Shown here: one piece after another, positions 24,005-37,399 of the stretch
How the letters are laid out: each line of letters starts with the position of its first letter
How positions within the stretch are numbered: the first letter of the stretch is position 1
The notes under the pieces: generated by a model
What the model was told of the DNA's origin: nothing
The model's database searches: none
Seen by the model: only the letters and a program-made list of their open reading frames with translations
Made by a program: the position numbers and the translations under genes
Assembly: GCA_951406725.2 (NCBI GenBank)
Contig: OX597843.1
Location: 21,080,001-21,144,000, forward strand
Source of the DNA: Octopus vulgaris
Taxonomy: Eukaryota
DNA: 64,000 nt
Reading direction: 5' to 3'

Positions 24005-25582
24005 CATGTAAAAGCTTTGTTGTGTTAGGTACTGGTTGTCTACAATACATACACACATTCTTTGATAATAATATGAACATTTAGGTAGTATATAAATGTA
24101 CAATGAGGGAGATATGTTTAGTTTGAACTGAACTGATTCACCATATTATTGTAAAAGCTTTTACGATAATATGGTGAATCAGGTCCGTTGAAACTAAACA
24201 TATATCCCTCATCGTACATTTATATACTACCAAAATGTAACCTTTTTGAACTTATAATTTTCTGTGTGTATATATACAGATACAACACCAATTTTCCTCT
24301 GAACATTTTAATAATTCTTTCTGTAAACTGTTTTAACATTCTCTCTTTATTATCAAATAATGCATATATGTATTGTAATATTTTGTACCCAATATTTTAA
24401 TGAAGTTGTCAAATTTCTTTTATATTTTCCCAAGAAGTTCATATTCAAGATTAACATATTCTTATTATTATTAAAGAGAGTATATATGTATTGTAATACT
24501 TTGTGACAACCAGTACCTAACACAACAAAGCGTTTACATGTTGCTTTTGACAATTCTTTTTAAATAAGTGAAACCGGTCAAGTAAATACATATTTTTTAT
24601 CATTGCATTTTCAAACCTTCTTTCATATATAATTCCACTCGTGGGGTACCTTACAACTCGAAACATTACTCTACGACAGTGGGTCGTACGTAATGTTTCG
24701 AGTGTATGGGCGCACGAATAAATCACAGCTTAATAAAGAGCAAGTTCATCATATTTTCCGACATCCTCGGTATTGTACATTGGGAGATTATTCAGGGAGG
24801 ACGTTTGGAGAAAATGACCGGATCTGGATTCGCGAAGTATTGAATTTTTCACGACAAAAATGCACCTATCAACTCACTCGTAAGTTTCTTGCCAAAAACA
24901 ACATGCAACTGCGTCCACATCAGCCCTATTCGCCAGATTTACCTCCTGCTGACATGCATCCGTTTCTCAAGATGAAAAATCAGCTCAGAGGTCGAGATTA
25001 AGAGCAAACTTATCATCATTGTCGAAGTCAAGAGGTCCTCGACTCGCCTATGGAAACTAAGTCCAGGTCGGATTTCGGAAAGTGTCAGAAAAGCTGGGGC
25101 AGTTGTATTATTGCTTAGGTAAAATGAGTTACTTTTATTAAACATGGCTCCTTCAGTAACTTTATATATACGACGGGTTTCCTTCAGTTACCGTGTACCC
25201 AAGTAACTAACATACACGGGTTTGTTCGGTTGGAAAGCAGAGTACACGCAGAAGGACTGAATACAGAAGCAAAATTCCAATCACACAGCCATGCCAACGC
25301 CTAAGCGTATGCACACACAACCACACACACACACACATACAAAATACACACACACACGTATGACGGAAATGGAAAATGGATTTTACGTGATACATTAATC
25401 ATTACTGCTGTTTCAACCCGTCTTCAATCGGCCCCTCAGGGATGAGATAATGGTCGATTGGCCGCGGTGCATCTTTCTTTGCAGATGTTTCTCATCAGTT
25501 GACATTTCAAAAAGTTCTCTGCTCAATAAACTCGGTTTCACTTGGTTCGATTATAATGTATTTCGTTAGTTAATAATAATAA

Positions 25583-26820
<1,238 letters not shown>

Positions 26821-27794
26821 TTTAGTACGAATAAGATGAAGAAGAAGAACAAGAAGAAGAAGAAAACAAGAAGAAGACTAAGAAGAAGAAAAGGAAATAG
26901 TAGAAGGTGAAGAAGAAAAACAAAACAAAGAAAACAAAAACAATAATAACAACGAAGAAGTCGGTGATGAAGAAAAAGTAATATAAGTAGCAAGAAAACA
27001 AACAAGATGGACAAGCAAAACAATAACAAGAAAATTGGGAATGAGGATAGAAATGATAATAAAAATTATCAGACATACACACAGACACAAACGTACGAGG
27101 GATACACCAAACGTTGTTTTATGTTGTGGACGACTAGCTACATTAACATCCTTCCTAAAGAAATTGAAACTGAATATGCAGCCATCACACTGCACAGTTT
27201 GGCCAAATTGCCCCAGCTATAGCTCACTGTACAAATAGAAAATGACGACTACCAACTTCAGCACGTCATGTAATTGTAGAGTTTAAAATAACTCATGTTA
27301 TTGAATCAGTATCTCAAAAGAGTGAGGATGAATATATTTCTATACTTTCTTTCCTTGAAGTGAGTATAACTCTGCATAAATATATATTTCATAATATACC
27401 CACCTATAGACACAAATGCAAACATAGATATTCACGTGACAATCGTACACTCATACACAAAATGTTAGACATTTATGCAGACACAAATACTCATAGACAC
27501 ATTCATACACACTCTTACATGAAAATAGTAGCAGAACATTAGTTAGAGATAGAGAGAGAAAAAGGAAGATGAGAAGACATCACGTTTCCAGGAAAATTTC
27601 GTAAATGAAATAATATCAAAGAACTTTAGCAACTTACATTGTCTGTAACCTTGGAAGATTTTGAAAGGATTCTTTTATGATGGTTGTGATCTGATTGTAC
27701 CTGAGATATCTGAAACATAAAACACAGTTCAAAAGAATGAGTATTAAAAAGATTTCTTATAAAATATTAAATCTTGTATCTTTGGAATCATATT

Positions 27795-28149
27795 AATAAA
27801 AAGAGGACGATGATGAAGAAAATGGCCGAGATGATGTTGATGATGATGATGAGAAGGAGGATTGCGATGTTGATTGTAAATGTTGTAATAATGACGGTGA
27901 GAAGGAAAAGGGCGATAATGATGATGATTATTATCGAAAAGGATGACAAACGCTACCGATTAATTGGTGATGACGACGTTGATTATTATGATGTTTATAA
28001 CGAAGGTGATGGTGATTCTGCATGCTAGAAATAGCAGAGTAAATGAGGAAAGGAAATAGTTATGATGACATGATAAATTATAACGATTAGTGAATACGAA
28101 AATATGATTAGCAGAAGGACTATGAATATGATAGCGCTGAAGATGATAC

Positions 28150-28181
<32 letters not shown>

Positions 28182-28560
28182 ATGATGACGACGATGATGG
28201 TGACGATGACGATGGTGACGATCGTGACAATGATGATGATGATGAAAGATGTGATGAAAAATCAGAAATTGATAAGTTTAACGAAAATGTGAAGGAAAAT
28301 AAATGATTGAACGGATAAATATAGAGAAGAAGAAGAAGAAGAAGAAGCGAAAATGATTCATGAAGAGAGGAGAAAGCAGTTGAAAAAATTAAAAGCAGAA
28401 GAACCAGAATATGATGAACAAGATGAATGTAGAGAAAAAGTTGTGATGAAGACGATAAATGCAGGAAAAGAAGATATATTAAGACAAGAAAAATAACGTG
28501 GAATATCAGAATGGGGAAACAAGTGGGAATAAAGGAATATAAATACAAAAACTATAGTCA
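27795..28560. repeat. Degenerate (GAT)n/(GAA)n low-complexity tract (expanded copy at 63236-63780)
   Basis: Directly visible. The pure (GAA)n run is much longer in the right copy. Confidence 0.85.
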
Positions 28561-28580
28561 CACATCAAACAAACGCAAAC

Positions 28581-28656
<76 letters not shown>

Positions 28657-28657
<1 letters not shown>

Positions 28658-29195
28658 CACGTTTATGTATTTGTTTTGCAAGAATTTTGATGTGAAATCG
28701 TGTGTTGAAACAGATATTTCTTGTATTTAGGAAAGGTCATTTTGCCAGTTTAGCCAATAAAAAACACACGCACTATATATTTGGTGTTACTTTGCTTCAG
28801 CGTTATTTATTTTTCACATCAATCTTACTCTTATTTCGGCCAGAGATCTTTCGTCACGCTCCTGTGACCTCGTCAGTGGTTCATTGCTTTCTTCATTTAT
28901 ATTTGTGTGTCTCTTCTTACTAACGGTCAGCCATTTTGTATTTTGTATTTCTATTGTATGTGTCTTTATTTGCGCCTGTGTATACCTCTATATGTGTCTA
29001 TATTTAGTTAAAGTGTGTGTGTCTGTGGGAGGGAGTGCCTGTAATATTTGTATCTCCTGTTTATATACGTTCGAAAGAAGATTAAGATTAATGTCAAAAA
29101 TAAATAACGCTGAATCAAAGTAACACCAAATATATAGTGCGTGAGGTTTTATTGGCTAAACTGGCAAAATGACCATTCCTAAATACAACAACAAT
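28657..29195. mobile_element. Non-coding PLE remnant: pLTR plus inverted partial pLTR, same family as 5612-6705 (a copy begins at 63908)
   Basis: About 28722-28835 is inverted at about 29072-29190. Flanked by (TA)/(TG) tracts. Confidence 0.8.
28838..28880 (-). ncRNA. Minimal hammerhead motif with canonical core (degenerate relative at 5739-5783)
   Basis: CCA-CTGACGA-G-GTCAC-AGGAGC-GTGAC-GAAA-GATC-TC-TGG, with palindromic stem III AGATCT. Confidence 0.65.
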
Positions 29196-29555
29196 ATATA
29201 TATATATGTGTGTGTGTGTATGTGTGTGTGTGTGTGTGTGTGTGTACATACACACATCCACCTATATATACCTTATCAAACCCTGATGTATGAACGCACA
29301 CACTCACTTCCAGGCCCTCACATATATTCCCACTTTCTTACACACAGGCAAACACAAGTTGCAAGACAATATGAATTGTAGAAGGATGAGGGTAAATAAA
29401 GAAGATAAGAGAGACATTTAGTTTGTGGAAATGACATTGGATGACATATCGAGATCTTATTATGAAGAAGATGACTAACATAAGAGAAAGTTGATGATGA
29501 AGAATAGGCCGAAGAAGAAAACAACGATGAAGCAGCAGCAGCAGCAGTAGTAGTG

Positions 29556-29607
<52 letters not shown>

Positions 29608-29844
29608 AAGAAGAAGAAGAAGAAGAAGAAGAATATGATGATGATGATGAAGTTGATGATAATGATGATTAGCAACAACAACAGCAACAACATTAAAACA
29701 ACAATAAGAGAAGTGGCAGAAAATGTAGGAGCTGAAGAAAAGAATGATGTAAAAAATAAGGAGGAAACGAAGGAGTCTGTCATGAAGAAAACTTAAATAT
29801 AATATTTCTGATCTTATAATAATTCTGCTTGTCGTTATGTTAAT

Positions 29845-31454
29845 TAGTCCGTCGGTAACGCTTTCTCGTGATTAGAGAAAAAGAGGGAAAGAGAAATGTC
29901 CATGCCCTGAGGTAGAAGGAACGTGACTGTAATGCTTTCAAGTGATTAGTTGAATGGAATGAGAGACCGAGAGAAAGAAAAAGGAATGAGAAAACGAAAG
30001 TAAGCGGAAGAGTGGGGCAGAAAGAGAGGGAGAGGGAGAAAAGGGGAGAGAGAAAAAAGCGAGGGAGGAAAATAGGAAGAGGACATGCGGTAGGGGGAAC
30101 GTAATATTTATTACGTGATGAAAAAGTTAGTTGAAGGTCGTGATATTGAGGAGGGTTACGAATATAATTTTAGCAGAACGGTGATGTTCTGATGGCGAGA
30201 TTAAAATAAGGCAGATAGGTAGATAAAGAGATTGGTATATAAACTGAGAAAATGAGAGAAAGGGGGAGTGAGAGACGGTGGTAGTGGTGGTAGTGGTTGT
30301 GGTGGAAATGGTGATGGTAAGTGCATAATGCAAAGTAACTTATGAATTGAACTAAATATTTTATATCCCCTATCACTTAACACATGCTCATAAATATTCA
30401 CACTTATTTACATAGTCATATGTACGCCGCATGTATATATATATATTACAATTAAGAAATGTATACGTTATAATTAAAATATATATATTTCAATTAAAAT
30501 GGAGGTGGACCCAGTAAATTCCATCTCTACAAGATCCCGGTTTATGTTTTTACTGCTTCTCATACATTCTGCCGTTGGTTGTGCTTCTGCTACGGCGAGA
30601 TAGAAATTCGCAGTTTACGGCTATTTGGTCCTCGTTCCAATGCTGTGCTTATGTAATAATCAAATTACAAAACTTGACTGAACAATGGATAAAGGAGATT
30701 AGAAGCTAATTTCGAGAGTGTTAGGCACTACAGGCAGCGGATAAGAGAAGAACAGCGGTAAGAATCCAGAGAAAGGGACAAATGGTACCAACAGATGAGA
30801 CGATCTGCAATAGAGGAAGAGCAACGCAAGGCACAATTGTAGTGAGTGAGAATGTGAGACCAAGGTAGAAGACAGGATGAGGAAGAACAAACGCAGTACA
30901 AGGAACAACAAAGATTGATATTTCTGCGGAGAATGGAAAACATGAATGATATGCAGTGTGCGCAGTATCAAGACCAACAGAAAAATGTTATGTAACAGAG
31001 AGGGGAGAATATGGATGATTTGGAAAGGGCTGCTTGTCTCCAAGGTCAAACAGAGAGACATCAAGATGGAGTTGCAAGTATGAATGCTGAACAGGTGTTA
31101 CCTTGTTCGAGATAAACAGGTGAAACGAAAGCGTGAAGGAAGACATGGACTACCACTGAACAGACACAATAATCCTAAACGAACCTATCGTATTGGTGAT
31201 ATGTACTTATATTGCGAGTATTGTGGAGCACTGAACTTTAAATATGAAAACTTCATGTTCTGTCACAATAATAAAGTGAACTTTCATTCGCTGCAACTAA
31301 GCCCTCAGACATTGAAGCGTTTGTCTGAGAAAATTACCAAGAGTCTGCTTCTTTTCGAAAAAAACATCAGCAATTACAACTGCATATCTTCCTTTACGTC
31401 ATTTGTTGTGAAACTCTCTGTGCCACAAGGAAGAGGTCTACATTGTTTCTGTAT
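29845..31454 (+). mobile_element. Decayed autonomous Helitron, 5' part
   Basis: CEYCGALNFK...CHNNKV...NISNYNCISSFTSF...GRGLHCFCI matches the Helitron Rep N-terminal region. The 5' boundary is approximate. Confidence 0.8.
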
Positions 31455-34400
31455 TGTGGAAGGATTCCGACCACCTTCCAATTGACTAATCGCGAACTGA
31501 CACATTCCTATTAAATAGACAACTGTCGAGTCTTCATCAATTAATTGGTAAATAGTTCACTGTGAGCCATTGACAGAGAGCGGTGGGTAATCGATTCGCG
31601 TCGTGTAAACAATTCCTTTCCCCTGATTCTTTAAATCATATGTTCCAAATCAGGGAATAAAATTGGCGAAGAGTTCTTCGAAGTTTGCGTTGGACATTTA
31701 AATTTGTTTGGGATGGGTATGAAACCAAAGAAAAATCGTTTAAGATAGAAGGCATATTGGCGTCTGTGGTGCAGTTGCAACAACAACAATAGTAACAACA
31801 ACAAGAGCAACTACAACAGCAACAACAAAACCAATAGTTGCTGGAACTAATGTTAAAGAAGTATAAAAAATACTTCAGGCGTGAACTTGCTAGACAGCGT
31901 GGCAATCTCTATTGAAGAATTCAGTTATAATCCAGAGGAAGGGATTACCTTCTCTGAATATTTTCGAAGATACGAAGAAATTCTCAAACAAGAATTTAAA
32001 AATTGATCTGAGGGGAAATATAGTACGACTACTTGTAAGAAAGGTATCCCTTGCCGAATACAAAAAATATAGTAATTATATTCTGCCGAAGAAGTCAGGT
32101 AAGATTTGTTACAATAAAAACTATTAACATTTTATCAAATGATTTAGAACTGGACGAAAATTAACTCTTCAAACAGAAGCAGAAGAATGCCAGGGAAGAC
32201 GACGGAGAAAAAGAAATGAAGAAAAAAAAACGATGCACAAAATGAAATTGAAGAAAAAGATTGCTCTCATATTCCAGTGTCTCCACCGTCACGGATAAGA
32301 AATAAGAGAAACAAATGTGAAGATCGAATCCATGTTGTGGGTGCGGTGGTCAACATTTAAAATGTAATTGTCCGTTTCAAAATATTAAAGGCGTCAAATG
32401 GGTAAGAGAGATCATAAAACAATAAACTATAGAACAAACCTGGAAGACCAAAAGACGAACAGCCTCAAGGGAAATTTGTGGACGTAAAGTTGCAACTAGT
32501 TAAGGGCAGTGATATCTCGATAATTAACACAGATACATAGAAAAAAACAGAAGACCTAGATTAAAAGACATTTCGAAAATTGCAGGTGGTGTTTCAGGAA
32601 AATAATTACATTTTAATGGCGTAATAATAAATCACGTTCCATTTCGTGGAAAAACCTTAGAAACCAAAGATTTTGTGTTGAATAATATCCCAAACTTATT
32701 CGGAACACTGAATAGAATTGTTTACCTTATGGGAACTCCCCATAAATCTTTTCAGTAAAAATGTGAATGGTTTTCTTGCCAATACAAATGAATCGTCAGA
32801 CGATATGTAAAAATAAATTTAAAAGATTTTTCCTGAAGTTCTCTCTGATAAATTAGATCTCAGCATCACAAAGAAAACGAAGTTCCAAGTAAAAGTAAAT
32901 GCCAAACCTGTATTTAAATATAAACGAACTGTAACTTTTGCATCGTTGGAACAGATAAGCTTTTGCATCGTTAGAAACAAATAAACAAAATCAGAGTGTA
33001 TGCTGATTTTTTCCACTGGTTTAAATGAGTGTCTTAAAACGTTCCACTATCCGCTACCTACCCTGGGGGATATATTTGCAAAATTAGACGGTGGCAAGAT
33101 ATTTTCTTAATTGGATCTCTCTGACGCGTACCTACATATTAGAGTAGACGTGAATACTATAAATACCTAAACATTAACGCACATATATATATACAACAGG
33201 TTACTGTCTGCCCTTATGTCACGCCGGCGATTTTTCAAAATATTATGGTTGCAGTGTTAGCGGATAGTGAATTTGCATTTTCATATCCGGATGATATACT
33301 CATTAAAAGCGAATCACAGGATCAACATGTAGAGAACGTAATATATATGTTCGAAAAATTTAGGGATTAAATTGAAAAAGAAAGCGTGAATTATCTTCTT
33401 ACCGAAAATAAAATTGGACAAACAATTGAAAGAAATGGCCGAGGACCAGATACGTTGAGGGCAAACGCAATTAAATACATGACCCTCCGACAAATATGAC
33501 GGCCTTACATGATTGCTTTGGAGACAGGCAAATTATGACCAAAATTATATTCTAAATATGCATAGGGTAAGTGTTACAGTAGATTATGTATTTAAAAAAT
33601 GTCAATTGAAATTGCTCTGAAAATTTCAAAGGGAATTCGACGAAATTTTAAAATATTAACATCTGATTTGTTGTTAGCACGCTTCGATCCTGTAGTGGAG
33701 AATTTTGTAACTTCAGATGCCTCTGAATACTGTATCGGCGCAGTAATGCTACATAAATAAAAAGATGGTAACATGAAGGCGGTGGTTCTTGATATCAGCA
33801 GAAAAAAATTACAGCCAAATAAAAAAAGAGGCTCTTCTAATTATTTTTGCCGTAAAAAATTGCATAGATTTTACACAGCAGAAGTTTTTGAATACAGACA
33901 GATCATCGTCCGTTATTATCAGTATATGAGTAACAGAAATAAATATCTAGCCGTACTGCTAATAGGCTGCAACGCTGGGGTACTGTATTATTAAACTATG
34001 AATTTAAGATACAGTATATACCATCTAAAAGATTAGGACACGCTAATTGTTTATCAAGACCGATTTCAGAAAATGCTGAAGCATTTGAAGATACCGTGAT
34101 TGCTAACTTGCGAGCGGAAAATGAAATTAAAATCAAACTGTATAACTCCATGCGTGAACTGCTATTTACGTTACAGGACATAAAATTACAATTGGGAAAC
34201 GATAAAATTCATTACAAAATGAAAGAAATGCAGAAGGGTAAAAGAGATAAAAGATATTCGAGCCTATCACAAGGTATGACAATGTGCTGATGTATGCCAA
34301 AAGAGTCGTAGTGCCAGCCACACTACAAAAGCAATTACTAAAGGAATTTCATATTGAGTCAAAGGGATTTCGATAATGAAATCGTTAATGAGAAGTTAAG

Positions 34401-35295
34401 TATACTGGCCAACAACGGACTGTAACATTGAAGACAGTGATAGTATGCAATACGCTGTTCTCTAGCTCCAAATACACCCGTCACAAAATGGCACCCGTGG
34501 CTAAAATCACTTAAGGTTTCATATCACTTCATTGTGGGGGATTGTTTTTCAACGTGGTCTGAGGTGCATAAATGTAGAAAGCCGACATCTCTGGTTACAG
34601 AGATATTTGATGTCTGTTAGATAGATCAGATCCATCTTTGATCAGCCGATACCTAGTGAAAATATAAAAATGGAATAATTCAAAATTCTTCAAGCTAGGT
34701 GACAAACTATATTAGAGACCTATACATATATTAAACAAGGCTGGGAGGATGGTACAATTGTTAAATAAATTGCAAGAATGATATTCCTGGTAAAAGGTAA
34801 AATAAATATCGAACATAAAAGACTTATTAACCAACTTAAAACCTGATTCAAGGAAAAATCAGTCAAAGGAAGTGAATTTCTCATGAAAGTATTGCACGAC
34901 ACGTTTGAGGTACCAACACAGAAACAATTTAAAATTACACGTTCTAGCACCAGAAAACGAAACGAATGGAAACACAAGAATTGAGCCCTAACCATAAGAG
35001 ATACTAAAACTCTGAGCGACATTAATTCTCAAGTGGAGAATTTAGGGGAGACTAATTCTATAAAGAGGATATGCTGTGGAAAGATTCTGACAACCTTCCA
35101 AGTGACTAAAAGTGGTCTGACACATTTCCATTACATGGAGAACTGTCTAGTCGTAAGCAATTGATTGTGAACAATAGTTAGGTAAGCATTTTCCTATGAT
35201 CCGTTGGCAGAGAGCGTCGAGTCTCATGTAATAGTAATCGTATTGCGTCGTGTAAACAGCTTCGTCAATTATATATCCAATACCAGGATATAGAA
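31455..35295 (+). mobile_element. Old Ty3/Gypsy LTR retrotransposon nested in the Helitron
   Basis: LTRs start TGTGGA at 31455 and 35075, with a PBS-like TGGCGTC near 31758. RT PLPTLGDIFAKLDGGKIFS*LDLSDAYL and YPDDILI; RNase H VTSDASEYCIGAV; integrase remnants. TSD (T/C)GTAT. Confidence 0.88.
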
Positions 35296-37110
35296 CGTAT
35301 TCAGGGCCAAACTTAGCACAACACTACGAACTGTCAATGGTCGCCTGCTGTACAGTCAGTTGTATATTATTAATGCATCAAAGACTGGAAGCAAGTCAGA
35401 ACTCCCAAAGCTCTTCTCAAAGAATGGGTGTCATGTGCAACGAGTAAATCCTTAGGCTGAGTTATATGAGAACATGCACTTAATTGAACAAGAGATTGGA
35501 AGTGCCAGTCGTGAATATGTACAATTACGAAAGTGTGAAATACATTTCAAAAGAACGGGATATATAAGGCGCTACAATTTTCCCCCTAGCAATGAAATAA
35601 CTGCACCCTGAAAACCCTAATTGCCATGAGAGAGAAAATAATCTGCAGCGAAATAAGACTTTTGAAAACCGATATATCATTGGATTTCTGAAGGATATGG
35701 TGGACAGACATGTATTTGATGTAAGTGTAACTCATGTCCGTGTCATTGAGTTTCAAAAGAGAGGACTTCCACACTCCCATATGCTCGTAGACAAAGTGAA
35801 GATCAGAGATGATATAGACAGAATGGTACCAGGAGAAGCTTCTGATTCAAATGATGACCCCGTCTTACATGATTTAATTTTTAAAAATTCAGAGACTTGG
35901 ACCTTGTGGTGTTTATAACCCCTCATCGCAATACATGGGGAATGGCTCTTGCCAAAGAAAGTTTCCCAAGAACAACAGAAATGAGACACTACTAAATATT
36001 AATGGATATCCAGAGTACAGGAGGCACAATAAAGGGATCACATCACAAGTTGGATGCCATTCTTTTAACAACTGGTATGTCGTTCCATACTATGCTTACC
36101 TATTAAAGAAATTCCGAGCTCATATTAACGTTGAAGTTTGCTCATCTGTAAAACTGTCAAGTATATATGCAAGTATGTCTAAAACGGTCGTGATAGCGCT
36201 TCAGTTGAAGTAAGGAATGATGCAGTTGAAGAAGGTGGACAGACTCAGCAACCCCAAGGCTAAATCAGAAATTATTTTGCGTGTTGATATGTTTCACCTT
36301 CTGAAGCCATGTGGAGAATGCCTACGTAGAAGCTGCATGACTCGTCCCACACTGTCTACAGTTTAGCAGTTCACTTTGAAGACCAGCGGAGACTGAGCTT
36401 TCACAGAGGTAGCACTTTGCAACCTGCTCAAGAACAGAGAGATCGTGACAATACTCTCACTGCATGGTTCAAACTGAATGAGCACGATTAACGGAAGTAC
36501 TTGTACCCTAACATTCCTATGCGTTATGTGTTTAATGAACGTACAAAAACCATGAACACTCAGGAGAAAAATCAATACCATCGGCTGCAGAATGAACACA
36601 GTGAGTCCTAAGGACGTAAAAAAAATTTCATTTACGATAGCTATTTTGGATGTTCCAGGTGCTGAGCGCTTTGAGAAGTGAGCACTGTAGGAGGTGAAAT
36701 CTATGCAACATTTAAAGATGCGTACATATGAGTTGGTCTCCTCCAAAATGATGAGGGTTTGGAGCATACTATACTTGAAGCTGCTGCGTATCGGATGCCA
36801 TTTCAGTTGCGTATTACGTTTGCTGTCCTCTGCACCTATTCAAGTTCTTCCAATGTTCTTCGCCTGTGGAATACTGACAAGAATTCTATGATGGAAGATT
36901 ATGCTCAGCGAGGGCTGAATGCAGACTCTACATTTCATAAATTCTGTGTTAATTGAAAATGGCATTAGCTGGTTTAATATTAGCTTGCTTGAACCAATTG
37001 GAATGTAACGGGTTGAGCAGTAAGATGACATGAAGCACCCACTCATTGCAACCCTTACCAACGAGAAGAAAGGGATCGCCGATGCAGTCATTAAAGACAG
37101 TTGGTAAGAA
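35296..37110 (+). mobile_element. Decayed autonomous Helitron, Rep domain and downstream linker
   Basis: VIEFQKRGLPHSHML (HUH motif), GYPEYRR, VVPYYAYLLKKFRAHINVEVC, EAMWR and LTAWFKLN. Confidence 0.9.
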
Positions 37111-37399
37111 AAGGTTGAGGTGAGATGCTGGAATCTTTCTATTTCTCTGCTGATTTTCCCGGAGGCTGTAACTTCATAAATTCCAATTCAATCCGTACAC
37201 TTCTGTAAATTTCTTATTTACTTTTGCAACGTTTTGTGTTTTGTGTTTGTTGTTGTTGAAGGAATTACTGATAAATGTAAGTTCATAATTTACTGACAGG
37301 AGTAACTTCAAACATTTCACTTAAACCCGCGCACATAGTTAATTTCCTTAAAAATTTCTTATTTACCACATTTGTTTTCAAGTAATCCTCTGTTTTAAA

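Noticed and set aside
27795-28540. Acidic D/E-rich protein gene (..EEEAKMIREERRKQLKKLKAEEPE..)
   Set aside because: Multiple stops and frame changes occur in both copies, and tract lengths vary freely. It is best explained as a decayed (GAT)/(GAA) microsatellite.
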